Origin: Eledone cirrhosa | Taxonomy: Eukaryota | Reading direction: 5' to 3' | DNA: 64,000 nt | Assembly (NCBI GenBank): GCA_964016885.1 | Contig: OZ024741.1 | Location: forward strand, 375,534,001 to 375,598,000 | In this document: positions 1-11,139 of the stretch, piece after piece | Position numbering within the stretch: position 1 is the stretch's first letter | Layout: the number at the start of each line of letters is the position of its first letter | Program-made: the position numbers and the translations under genes | Notes under the pieces: model-generated | Database searches by the model: none | Seen by the model: the letters and a program-made list of their open reading frames with translations, nothing else | Told to the model about the DNA's origin: nothing

Positions 1-798
1 ACGTATTATGTTCACTATTTTCCGTTCATTGCCAGGGAACATCTTCACGAACCAAAGTATCATCTTCCTGTTTTCCTTCGGTTGCAACGTTTTACAAAAT
101 ATTTACTTCTGCGTTCACAGATTGATTTTTTTTAGTTTCAGAAAATCCCGTTAAGGGTGAAAGCAGCGATTCTTTGCTTAAACATTAATCTGTTATTTTA
201 ATATATGATATAAGCAAGGCAAGCTAGCCCAGTTACACTTCTTGCCAATAAACATTAACCCTTTGTGCGCCATTCATCTAACTGTAGACTAACAAATACC
301 AGCTAAACGGAGCATTGACAAAAACGATGGCAAATGAATCTTCGAGGTAAGCAGTTTCCTCCCGAGCTGTTAGTTCACGTGGGATTCTCTGCTACACCTT
401 TTCATAATAATACAGAAAAACGTACTGCTGTCACTCCTTCCTCCAAAAGCCGTACAAAGTGGACATGTGCATCGGGCAGATGGATCGGGTGCAAATCTAC
501 ACCAGGTCTACGCGAGATATTCGCAAGGGACTGCACTGAGAGGGATAGAGAGAAAGAGTAACTTAGTGGAAAGAGTGCGAATGAACTTTTGAGGTAAGTA
601 GCATACGCTTTACTGCTATGACACTGGAACCTTCTGCCAACTTAACCTGTGACTTTCTCTTTCACATTTACTCCAAAAGGCCAAAACTTCTTAATTTTCT
701 CTTAATAAAACAAGTTTCCTGTCGGTATATTTTTGAGTTTTTAACAGGCACTCACAAATAAACGTTTCTCATTGGAGGTGCTATTACCAATGTTCTTA

Positions 799-826
799 CC
801 CGTGCAACGCCGGGATACATTGCTAG
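799..826 (+). mobile_element. Helitron-type 3' terminus (extent of body upstream uncertain)
   Basis: GC hairpin CCCGtGCaacGCCGGG, then 8 nt, then CTAG|T, the canonical Helitron end. Confidence 0.6.
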
Positions 827-944
827 TTTCATTTAAAAGTTTACATATGTCAGCGAGCTATGGTTTTTTTGTACACAAAATTTTTTTGTTTTTTTAAAAT
901 CAAGTCTCAAAATTTACTCTATTGATTCACTTGAAAATATTTAA

Positions 945-1165
945 CCTTTTAACATTTAAACCAGTTGTATCCGGCCAGAATTCTCTCACCTCTTTCTGTT
1001 GAAAACAACTGTAATCAGCGACTCATACTGATGTTAAGGTATTATTCTCGAAATAAATAACATCAAAATCTCTTAGATTCGATATTATGCAAGATAATTA
1101 TGTGAGATAAAGTCTTTACAGTGAAAATATAATAGTAAATATAGAGTAATGTAAATTCTAAAGGG
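945..1165. mobile_element. Degenerate piggyBac-type MITE
   Basis: TTAA-CCTTT ... AAAGGG-TTCA termini. Confidence 0.4.
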
Positions 1166-1317
1166 TTCAACATTATTTTTTTCTAATTCTGTAAACATGA
1201 CAAGGCACACAACTTCTTAAGAGCCAATAAACTTCAGAGAAGAAAATGTTTTGAAACTTTTCTCCTATCTCTTCACAAGTATAAGTAAAATACTTTGCTT
1301 TTAAGAAGTTTAATCTT

Positions 1318-3120
1318 AATATAATAATAATAATAATGAAATTATTGTGTACAGTGCTCAGGTGCACTACAACTCATCAAAGGTGCATGTATAGTACATA
1401 GAATAATGTTCAAATGTCAGGAAAATGAACAGTGTATGAGTCATGATATACATGTGTGCGCGTGTATGGAGGAGGATATCAGGTGTAGTGTTGGCGAATT
1501 TCAGGAAGTATGGAGGTTTTAAAGGATGCAGTGTCTCAGCTGCTAACAACTGATGCAGGTAGTTTCTTCCATGCTTCAGCAACTCTGAGTGTGAAAAAAT
1601 GTTTCCGAAAGTCATGGGAGCTGTGCTGTTTTCTGACTTTGTGGGCATGTCCACGTGTGTTAGACACATGGAAATCAAAAAGGTGCTCAGAGTTGTTGTT
1701 GGTAAGATGGTTAATAATTTTGTGGGCATTTACCAAGTCAGTTGTCAGACGTCGGAGCTTTAATGTATCCATGCCCAGGGAAGCAAGGCGTTCAGAGTAT
1801 GGTAGGTGCCTGATGGAGGGTATTCGCTTGGTTGCACGTCCCTGAACAGTTTCCAGGAGGTCAATGTTCTGAGCAGGATAGGGGTTCCAGACTGGTGATG
1901 CAAATTCTAAGTGTGGCTGCACCATAGCTAAATACAGCTTTAAATACATAGCTGGAGAGTGGCTGACAAAGGTCTTGCTGAGTGATGCTAAGACACTCTC
2001 GACCTTCTTGACAATTTTAAAGACGTGCTTCGTCCAACACAAATCGCTGCTGACAGTAATGCCCAGGTCATGTTCACAAGAAGACTTCTTGATATTAGTG
2101 TGGTGGAGGGAGTATGTGTATGCTGAATTTTTCGTCCCAAAATGCCACATTTGAGAAGCAGGTACGTAACACCTTCAAGACCAGGAGAAGCATGGTTGCG
2201 TTTATTCTTAAGGTGATGTCGCAGCATTTTAGGTGTAAATTCTATAGTTGTTATAGAATCCGATGTCAGAAGTGGTGGAGATGGTACATTTAGGTCTTCA
2301 ACAGTGAAAATGCCTGCATAGCATTCAGCAATGAGTTCTGCGCATTCTTTGGGGTCGTCAGTAATCTGGCTTGTGTGGGAATTGCGAAGAGGACCAACTG
2401 GAGAGTGAGGCCTCTGCTTTGAATGAACATATTTCCAGAACACCTTACTGTCAGGGTTGGTTGCTATGTGCTGTTCAAATTCAAGCACTGCCTTTTTTGT
2501 CACCTGCTTGAGATGGTTGGATGATTTATTTCGCATTTTTATATTGATATCTGATTTATGCAGTTTGTATTCATGTTCAGCATTACGTTCTTTGCTGGCA
2601 AGTTGGACCGTGCAGTCTCTCAAATTGCACTTTTGGGACGTTTTTTCTGCTTACATGGCACTGATGCTGCACGTACTGTCAATATTGAGTTCAGGATGTT
2701 CTGAAGTATAGTGTTGACATCTCCAGAGTCGTAAAATTCAAGCCAGTTTGGGTGTTGCAGCAACAGTTCCAGTTGGAGATGGTTGTGGTTTTTGTTACTG
2801 CCGATAAAAGACAGATTGGCAATGATCATAGCATGATCAGAGTTACCTAAAGGTTTCTCAGTAGTAACACTAACAACTGTTTCAGGAATAGGGGTGAAGA
2901 GTAGATCCAAAGTATTGTTGGGGAGGTGACTACTTGGAACCAGTTCGAGTTCAACACTAGCACAAGAAAATCATTTGCACTTTGCGGCCAACGAAATGTT
3001 TCCCAGTCAATCTCGGTGATTGAAGTCCCCTGCAATAAAAACATAAGCGGCTGTTTTCCTGGCAGCAGCTCTGAGGATATCACAAAGCTGTGTGTCCTGA
3101 TGGTAAACAACTCCAAGTAG
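1318..3120 (-). mobile_element. CR1/L2-group LINE ORF2 relic (APE C-terminus, linker, C-terminal domain, (ATT)n tail; RT core deleted)
   Basis: LDLLFT...LGNSDH endonuclease end; FWKYV linker; DLGITVSSDL, PHLEFASPVWNPY, TRGH, RKHFFTLRVAEAW CR1-type C-terminus; 3' ATT repeats. Confidence 0.88.
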
Positions 3121-3507
3121 AAGTGTTGACATGGTCATACATATATCACAAAAAAAATACTTCTTGCTGCAATTGGTTCAAAATCAAGAAATAATAAATC
3201 TTTGTTTAACTATGCCTTATCTTTCCACCAGGACTAAACATAAACACGCAACCTTACATCACTATCTTCTTTAAGGATATAATCTCTGCTACCAATACAG
3301 TATACAGCTAAGGCCATATTACTAAATATCCATAGTAAATTGTCTTCTTTCATGAAACAATCTAAAATTTGGAATAGTTTTCAAACAAATTTTTGACAAC
3401 ACAAGGATTGCTCTAGAATTTTGTTTTATAAGCAACAAAACCAAGAGTTGTGTTAACCCACTTACATCTGCTGACTCATATAGTCGCAGTACAAATATTT
3501 TTCTATC

Positions 3508-3715
3508 TACTTCTTCCTGAGAGGATCATGGGAGCAGATTCCTCAAACACTTCTTCCAGAGAGTCCTGTCAGAAGCAACCATCTCCAAGCGTGACCAGTT
3601 AAGCTCATGGATGTTATCCAAACATCTTGCTCAGGAGTCTACCCGAGTCTCTTGCCAGTTGGTTTGCCCATAAAATCTGTCCAGCAATTATTTCCTGAGA
3701 CATTCTAACCACATG
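3508..3715 (-). mobile_element. RTE (Expander-like) LINE 3'-end fragment
   Basis: Degenerate C-terminal coding remnant ending in a GAA-rich tail. Confidence 0.4.
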
Positions 3716-3898
3716 TCCAGATTTCTTCCAGAGAAAGAGATATAGAGGAAGAATCCACCCCAGTACTAGACTGGTACGTTTTTTTATCGACCTCAAAAGG
3801 ATGAAAGGTAAAGTTGACCATGGCAAGATTTGAACTCTAAGAACAGAGGGTCGGAACAAGTACCATAAAACATTCTAACTCCTCTACCAATTTGCTGC
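3715..3898 (-). mobile_element. tRNA-derived SINE with Meta/MESC-like central domain
   Basis: Minus strand: B-box GAGTTCAAATC, then gtcaactttacctttcatccttttgaggtcgataaaa...gtaccag, a motif repeated many times in the window. Confidence 0.65.
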
Positions 3899-4004
3899 AC
3901 ACACACACACACACACATATATATATAACATCAAATTTAATATAGAAATGGCTTCTACTGGATTAGACCTCTAGAAGCCATTTCTATATTAAATTTGGTC
4001 GTGA

Positions 4005-4417
4005 CACAGGATTGGGATCTCTGCGTTATACAGAAGACCTGCCTTCCCATGAGCACAGATTGAAGCATACAGACCTTTCACATCCTAACACTCCACCCCA
4101 ATCTCCACACACTCTTCCCACCAAAGCCCCTAGCCCACATTGTAAATTTGGTCATGTAGGTGTCGCAACAAAAAGCATCCAGCCAACACTGTAAGGTGGT
4201 CATGACAAAAAATACTCAGCCTACATTGTAATGTGGTCGTGTGTCACGATAAAAAGCAACCAGTACTCACTGTAAATATGGTTGGCATTAGGAAGGGCAT
4301 CCAGCCAAAATCAGTTCTGTATGAGTAAGACATGGTCATATGACCTCAATTTGCCTCAAATAGGACCTGTCTAATCCATGTTAGCATGGAAAATGGACGT
4401 TAAACGGTAATGATGAT
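4005..4417 (+). mobile_element. RTE LINE 3' end/3' UTR (family B) with 48-bp modules and (GAT)n tail
   Basis: Colinear with the 3' ends of the RTE copies at 35040-35445 and 54835-55270. Confidence 0.75.
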
Positions 4418-4619
4418 ATTTTGTAATCAATCATTTTTATGATCCACATCAGTTCTTATTGAAATACTGTCCCCTTTTATAAGCCTGCAATGCTCTTTTA
4501 AACACCAATAACTTTGCAGAATATACTAGATATATTTTATCAGACCATAAACACTAAACATTTTTCCAATATGATCTGAACTGAAGTATCAGTTCTCATA
4601 GGTAGTATTTGATTCCAAG

Positions 4620-4940
4620 CAGAGGCTCTCCAAGTGGGCACTATCACCCCTTGGGGGCATTGAGAAGGTCCAGTGGTCGCTGGGGCCCAAGGAGGTAGTG
4701 GTAGGGGTTTAGAGATGATATAATAATATATTAAATATCAAATGATACATACTATATATAAATATAGTAAAATAAAACATATAATATCTATTTACATATA
4801 GTATATATTATATATAAATTAACAATTTTATTTATTATATATTATTTTCAATTTGCATGTAGGCAGGTCTCTCTGGAAATAGACGTGGTGGGTGCAGAGG
4901 GCATTGAGTGGCTGTGGCCCAAAAAGTTTGAGAACCTTTG
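4620..4940. mobile_element. hAT (Charlie-like) MITE
   Basis: Imperfect TIRs CAGAGGCTCTCCAA / TTTGAGAACCTTTG. No 8-bp TSD recognisable. Confidence 0.5.
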
Positions 4941-5147
4941 GATCACTTGATATCTACATGCACAGCACTCCAAAAGTGCTTATTAATTTTACTTTTCTTC
5001 CCATCAATCTCAGAAGTCTTATTATAAGTAAGAACTGCTGGTCTTCTTCCTCTGATTTAGGCATGAATTAAACAAAATAAATAATTTTAAGTTTTAAATT
5101 AAAAAAAAAAAAAAAAATTAAAATAAAAACAAACATTTTTTTATGTA

Positions 5148-5153
5148 TTTATT
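5148..5153 (-). promoter_or_regulatory. Probable ATP5PB polyadenylation signal (AATAAA)
   Basis: tttatt on the plus strand about 150 nt past the stop, followed on the minus strand by a GT/T-rich tract. Confidence 0.55.
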
Positions 5154-5300
5154 ATCCTTATAATTCTAATTAAGTTTTTATAGAAAATCTCCAGTAGACA
5201 AACAAGTCTAGTGACCAGAGAATCTACTAAACCTAACCCACCTTCTCCATCCCTCCAACAATTCCAGTTAGTTTACTAGTAACATCACTAGTCAATAAGT

Positions 5301-5357
5301 TTAAGCTGCAGATAAATTCTTCAGTTCTGCAATACATTTTTTGATGCTCTCTTTTTC
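5301..5357 (-). CDS. ATP5PB: ATP5PB coding exon 8 (EKESIKKCIAELKNLSAA-stop)
   Basis: Conserved EKExxxKCIxxLKxL C-terminus, tttcag acceptor, TAA at 5303-5301. The spliced CDS is 795 nt (264 aa). Confidence 0.96.
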   Translation of the reverse strand, partial: EKESIKKCIAELKNLSAA

Positions 5358-5869
5358 CTGAAATAACAAAAAAATGTCAGAATACATTAAAAAATAGAAA
5401 CTCAAGATGGAAACCAAAACACACACAATATGATTAGCATTTATAGTTGATATAAAGGAATGTGATATAACAGAGTCCAAGGAAGAGAACTCTTTGATAT
5501 GAGTTAATTTCATGTATTTTCTTGTTTAAATTATAAAATATAAAGAATTCTCACACCCATACACCAAGGATTTGGGGCAGGTTGGTTACAAAAGGGTTAA
5601 AAGTGATTATCTAATTTAAAAGCTTAGTTTGAAACATGAAATTTAAATTATTGATGTATGCTAGTAGTGAAAACACCTTCAGTATTGACCCTTATAATAA
5701 AAGAAGGAATGTGAAAAAGATTTCATTGTATAGAGCTGAACAGTCTCCACTCTGTTTCAACATTCTCAGTTAGCTCCAGGAGTTCTCTGAATTTGGATGC
5801 AATAATATCTGCATATCTGGTCCAGATTTCCTTATCTGTCAATGCTTCCCACTTTGTAGGTTTTACATA

Positions 5870-7163
5870 CAAGGGGGGATCAAAAAGTTTGCGGAATTTT
5901 TCAGAAAATAATCTATTTTTCAAAAAATATGATCTACCTTCAGTTGCCATCCAGGTCAATACACTTCACAAGGCGATGCGTCCAGCTTCGTAAGCCGTCT
6001 CTAAAGAAAGTTGAAGGCCTTGTTCGAAGCCATGTGTTGGCAGTGTTTTTAGCTTCTTCAACACCACTAAAACGGGTTCTTTTTAGCATTTCTCTGAGTT
6101 TTGGAAAGAGGAAAAAGTCTGATGGGGCTAAATCTGGATTATAAGGCGGGTGAGGAAGCACTTCCCATCGAAATTATCGAAGAACTTCTTTTGCAACCCG
6201 CGCAGAATGCGCTGGTGCATTGTCATGGTGAAACAAGATCCCACCATGAAGTTTCCCCTTTTGTTTCTTGACTAATGCCTCTTTCAGCTTCCTTAAAACA
6301 TTTGCATAGTAAGCTCCTGTCACAGTTCTTTGACCTTCAAGATAATCTATTAGTATCACCCCATCTGAATCCCAGAAAATGGTGGCCATCACTTTTTGAT
6401 CCGACTTTTGAGATTTGAACTTGATTGGCCCCGATGATCCACGCGGAAGCCACTGTTTTGATTGCTGTTTGGATTCAGGATCATACTGGTAGATCCAGGT
6501 TTCATCTCGGGTGATGATTCTGGTCAGGAAATGCTCTTCATCAACTTCAATTTTGTTTAATATCGCCAGACAGATCACTCCGAAGAATCAGCTGATCAGG
6601 GCGCAACGCTTTTGGGACCCATCGCGCTGAAAGCTTGCTTAGTCCCAAATTATCGCGCAGAATTGAATTTGCCGAACCATATGAAATGTCTAGGGACTTA
6701 GCTAATTGATTAACTGTTATTTTTCGATCTTCTTCAATTAAAGTCCGAGCAGCCTCAACGTTTTGGTCATTTTTTGATGTTCCTGGTCTTCCACTGCGAT
6801 GGTCGTCTTCAAGGTTGTCTCTCCCTTGTTTGAATCGCTGAATCCACTTGTAGAGAACAGTTTACTTTGGAGCAGTAGTACCGTAAACTTTAACTAAAGC
6901 CTCCATAATCTGTGTCCCTTTCCATTTGAGTTTCACCAGAAACTTGATAATCGATCTTATCTCAAAATAACTATTTTCTATTGTTCCAAAAAGAGGTTTT
7001 TAAAGAGTGTCAGTACTGTACAATAGTCCGTGCATAACTGACTGCAAGTGACTATTAGCAAGGTAAACACCCAGTGACAATGTTCTGACATGTTTAATAT
7101 TGTTTTAACCTGATTTTCTTTCTTGCTACGATAAAATTCCGCGAACTTTTTGATTCCCCCTCG
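5870..7163 (-). mobile_element. Full-length mariner (DD34D) transposon in ATP5PB intron 7
   Basis: 31-bp TIRs caaggggggatcaaaaagtttgcggaatttt / cgagggggaatcaaaaagttcgcggaatttt (3 mismatches). TA on both sides; 1294 bp. Confidence 0.95.
5925..6982 (-). pseudogene. mariner transposase pseudogene
   Basis: HTH region (EIRSIIKFLVKL...KWIQRFK...RSGRP), SARWVP, TRDETW, HHDNAPAH, PPYNPDLAPSDFFLF. Interrupted by stops and frameshifts. Confidence 0.93.
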
Positions 7164-7179
7164 TATATATAGATATATA

Positions 7180-7455
7180 TGACACACCAAAAAAGCGCCC
7201 TATCCATCCTGTGAGGTGGTCGTGCTGCTGACACAACAAAATCCACCCAGTTAGAAGGTTATTTTGGTGCCACAATAAAAAGCACACAGTCTACACTGTA
7301 ACATGGTTGGTGTTAGGAAGGGCAATCAGCTGTAGAAACCTAGCTAAAATACAGATCCGTATCTGCAAGACATGGTCTCCTGACCTGACATGTCTCAATG
7401 TGACAACCCGTCTAACCTATACAAGCATGGAAAAATAGATGTTAAATGATGAAGA
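7180..7455 (+). mobile_element. RTE-tail retroposon fragment
   Basis: 48-bp-module remnants, the ggttggtgttaggaagggca motif and an RTE-like tail. Confidence 0.6.
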
Positions 7456-7535
7456 AAGAAAAGAAGACAATATGGTAAGTTGAGATATGAAGTAAGAAAT
7501 AAAATAATAAATGGGCAACTGAATAGACAACATAC

Positions 7536-7637
7536 CTGTTGAGGGGTTATACTCTTGACTACGTTGTTAACAATCCAGTTCACCATGTGTTCTTGCTCAA
7601 ACTGACGTTTAGTACTCACAACAGCTACATGATAATC
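7536..7637 (-). CDS. ATP5PB: ATP5PB coding exon 7 (DYHVAVVSTKRQFEQEHMVNWIVNNVVKSITPQQ)
   Basis: Conserved DY...EQEHMVNWI..V.KSITPQQ. tttcag acceptor, gtatgt donor, 102 nt. Confidence 0.97.
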
Positions 7638-7652
7638 CTGAAAAAAATGAAC

Positions 7653-7683
<31 letters not shown>

Positions 7684-7774
7684 TTGGGAGTTACCAGTTT
7701 AAACTAGTAAGACCATTGCAAGAACTTAGCCATCGGGCACTAACTCTTTACTATATGTATACATATGTATGTAT

Positions 7775-7808
<34 letters not shown>

Positions 7809-7832
7809 ATATATATATATGTATGTATGTAT

Positions 7833-7863
<31 letters not shown>

Positions 7864-7954
7864 AATATGGAAAGTTATATTTAAATTGTTGGGTTACAAC
7901 TAGTAAATATTTATAACTGATATAAAAGCACTCGACAAATATTTGGAGTATATT

Positions 7955-8139
7955 TACAATATTAAATAAATGGAAACTATATTTATAAAACCATATTTAT
8001 TTCATTATATATATTTCAGGGATATCATATTAACAATATGCTATGCCTTCCTCAGACAAAATACAATATAAACAGTTTTATAGATAAAATGAAATAAATA
8101 TGGTTTTATAAATATAGTTTCCATTTATTTAATATTGTA
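7955..8139. mobile_element. Penelope-like pseudo-LTR remnant flanked by ~50-bp inverted repeats
   Basis: tacaatattaaataaatggaaactatatttataaaaccatatttatttcatt and its reverse complement enclose a hammerhead core. Confidence 0.6.
8000..8061 (-). ncRNA. Type I minimal hammerhead ribozyme motif (Penelope-type)
   Basis: TTTTGT-CTGAGGA-[AGG.ATA.CATATT gtt AATATG.TAT.CCT]-GAAA-TATATATA-ATGAAA. Intact core and palindromic stem III loop. Confidence 0.7.
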
Positions 8140-8245
8140 TATATATATATATATGTATGTAAAAGGTAAACAGAAATAATAACACAATCGGTACAGTATA
8201 TGGAAGGGATATATTAGGATAATGTTTGATATAGCGGGAAGAGTG

Positions 8246-8281
8246 TCTTAACGTTTCGGACGCTAGTCCTTCTTCAGAAGA
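8246..8281 (-). ncRNA. Type I minimal hammerhead ribozyme motif (Penelope-type)
   Basis: TCTT-CTGAAGA-A-GGAC tagc GTCC-GAAA-CG-TT-AAGA. Confidence 0.72.
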
Positions 8282-8359
8282 AAGAATGAGTGTGAGTTGG
8301 AATTGTAAAAAATGCCTTTAGATAAAAATAACAGGTCCATTCATCTATATATATATAAT

Positions 8360-8708
8360 GGAGGCACATGGCTTAGTGGTTAGAGTAATGGACTGGCAAT
8401 CGAAAGGTTGTGAGTTCAATTCTCAGACCGGGTGATGTGTTGTTTCCTTGAGCAAGAGACTTTATTTCACATTGCTCCAGTTTACTCAGCTGTAGAAATG
8501 AGATGATACGGACTGGGGTCCCTATCATTCCACTGCAAAGTGGTCGTGGAGGTGCCACGGCAAAAAAGCACCCAGCACTCACTGTAAATGAGGTTGGTGT
8601 TAGGAAAGGCATCCAGCTGTAGAAATCAAGCCAGCATCAGTTCCCGTCCCACCCTTGCAAGCAGGGAAAAGCGGACGTAAAATGAAATGATGATAATGAT
8701 GATGATGA
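8360..8708 (+). mobile_element. tRNA-derived CORE-SINE with RTE-derived 3' tail
   Basis: A-box TGGCTTAGTGG and B-box GAGTTCAATTC. CORE-like ccttgagcaag..ctttatttcacattgctccagtttactcagctgtagaaatgag. Tail matches the RTE 3' end at 36193-36246. A near-identical copy is at 57035. Confidence 0.85.
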
Positions 8709-8814
8709 TATATATATATATATATATTTTTGAAGAGATTGTTTTGGTAAAAACATGAGCAAGCAGGAGAAAGCCCTCAACAATCGCAGTTTTTAGTTAT
8801 GATGGAGATTTTTA

Positions 8815-9210
8815 TAAAAATAACAAAATAAGATACTGAGGTTACATATATCGTTTAATCGTAATAATTATTTCCACGGTTCTCCATGCAATCGAGAAAT
8901 CTTTCATGCATTTGTTGTTGTTATGAGAACGGTATCCTCCGATGAAATCTGATTTATTTGATATGTCGCAGCAGGGAAAAAAACACATCCTTCAGGTCGT
9001 GTGCCCATATGTCTGTTCGGCACACGATCTCAAGGACGTGTGTTTTTTCCTGCTGGCAGCATATCAAATACATCAGATTTCTTCTGAGGATACCGTTCCC
9101 ATAACAACAACAAATGCATGAAGGACTTCTCAATTGCATAGAGAACCGTGGAAATAATTATAATGATTAAACGATTTATGTAACCTCAGCATCTTATTTT
9201 GTTATTTTTA
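8815..9210. mobile_element. ~400-bp fold-back (palindromic) element/MITE
   Basis: Two ~190-bp arms are reverse complements with scattered mismatches around a short spacer near 9007-9018. TA-rich flanks. Confidence 0.8.
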
Positions 9211-9221
9211 TATATATATAT

Positions 9222-9690
9222 ATCATCTTCGTTTAATGTCCATCTTCCACGCTAGCATGGGTTAGATCGGAGTTGTCCCACTTGAGGCAAGGTTGGATGT
9301 GTGACCGTGTCTCGCTCATATAGGACTATCTGGCAGGTTTTCTACGGCTGGATGCCCTTTCTAACACCAACCACATTTACAGTGTGGAACTGGGAACTTT
9401 TTACCGTGTTACCTACATGGCCACATTACAGCGTGGACTGTGTGTTTTTTTGTCATGACACCTACACGATCTCGATATCTCATTTATTTGGACTGGATGT
9501 TGTGGTACCAACTTTACAGAGAGAGGGTGGTGTTGGTGGGAGGATAGGGTAGGGGTAGTGAATTGGGGTGTATATTTGGTTAAGAGGTGCCTACTGACTG
9601 TAGGTTTCACTTTGTACTTAGGCAAGGTGGGTTTTCTGTATTACTGCGTAGCGCCAAAGATCTCGGTCCAGTGACATTGTCTTAGAGAGA
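9222..9690 (-). mobile_element. RTE LINE 3' end (family B)
   Basis: Colinear with 32335-32830 and 54835-55280. Confidence 0.8.
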
Positions 9691-10679
9691 ATATATATAT
9701 ATATATATGGACAATATATATATATATATGGACAAAAATATATTTTAACAATTGTCAGTGTAAAATCATCTTTATATTTTAATTATGAATAAATGAATGC
9801 TGCAAAAAGCCTTTCCACAAAGATTAAATGATATTCTGACATCACTAATGGTTATCATAATCATTTTTAGTCATAATGATAATAACAACAATAATGGTTT
9901 CAAGTTTACGAAAGTTAAGGAATAAGGAAAGTACCTTAAATCAAACAAGCTCTGTACAACAAGATGTTATAGTTAACAGATTTCATCTCAGAATAGAGAA
10001 CAGTTTTTCTTTCAAACACATATATAAATAACACGACTGGTAAGGATTTTTCATCAAATGTATGTATATATGGAAGTAAATGAAATTCAAAGACCACCAC
10101 CATAAATGAAACTTAAGGGTCAGTTTGCCTCGTGGTCCCAACCGAAAGGATGGAGAAGACAGTGAGGGAGACAATCTGGAACAACCACTCCCCCTTGTGG
10201 GGCTTGCATTTGTGGATAGCCTACTCCACTCCGATAGCAGTGAGCAGGGATGTGGTCTGAGGGCCAAGAATGCAGGAAGTCTGCACTGTCACATCTCATT
10301 TGCAATGTGCTTAATTGGAATGATACACAACCATTTCTTTAAAGCAATATTAACTTTTTTGATATCATATATTTTAAAATCTTTTTCAAAAATAATTTAA
10401 AATTTAGAGCAATTTAATAATATAATTCACTTTATAATTATTCAGCTGGTGTTTGGAACATAATAAATGGTTTCCTGCAAAATTATGATGGAAGATTTTT
10501 AGATAAACACTTTAAAATAAATAGTTGTCTATCACAGAACCATGGACAGCTTGGTAACTTAAGCGTTAAGGAATGTAAATATTTTCAGAGCATTTATCTC
10601 AATACATGTCACTAATGGCCTGTGATTTAAGAAAGAAAACCATTGATATATCTCAGACCATGAATAATGTATTTATGGC

Positions 10680-10988
10680 CTTGTAACTCCTGGAGTCAGG
10701 GGGAAGGGGCAGCGCTATAGGGATATATGGCATTTCTTGGGCATTTTAAGCCTGGCAGAGCCCATCTCTCTCGAGGTTGGAACACAGCAGATTTTTTCCA
10801 GAGAAGGATAGAAAGTGAGAGAGAGGAAGTTAAAAAAGAGATATAGAAGAAGAATCAACCCTAGTACTATACTGGTACATTTTTTTGTCGAACTTGAAAG
10901 GATGGAAGGCAAAGTTGACCTCAGCAGGATTTGAACTGAGAGAGCATAGAGCCGGAACAAATACCCCAAAGCACTCTATCCAACATTT
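10680..10988 (-). mobile_element. Meta/MESC-like tRNA SINE (long-tail variant)
   Basis: Central ctttgccttccatcctttc...gtaccag motif plus tail ending gagttaca, shared with 14672, 49880 and 50610. Confidence 0.65.
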
Positions 10989-11139
10989 TACCTTCCCTGC
11001 CCATTTGCTACCTCACGAATAATATATATGTGTATATGAACGAGTGTGAAGGAATGTGTGTGAGAGAGAATGAGTGAGCATGTGAGAGAATGAGAGAGTG
11101 AGTTTGGAAAATGAAATGAGAGAGTAAGTGTGAAAGAGT

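Noticed and set aside
8360-8435. tRNA gene (also at 57035, 61610 and 52210)
   Set aside because: A/B boxes are present, but there is no complete cloverleaf or poly-T terminator, and the sequence continues into a SINE body.
9983-10267. Candidate for the missing ATP5PB exon
   Set aside because: No subunit b similarity. The true exon is 11742-11819 and the CDS is complete without this ORF.
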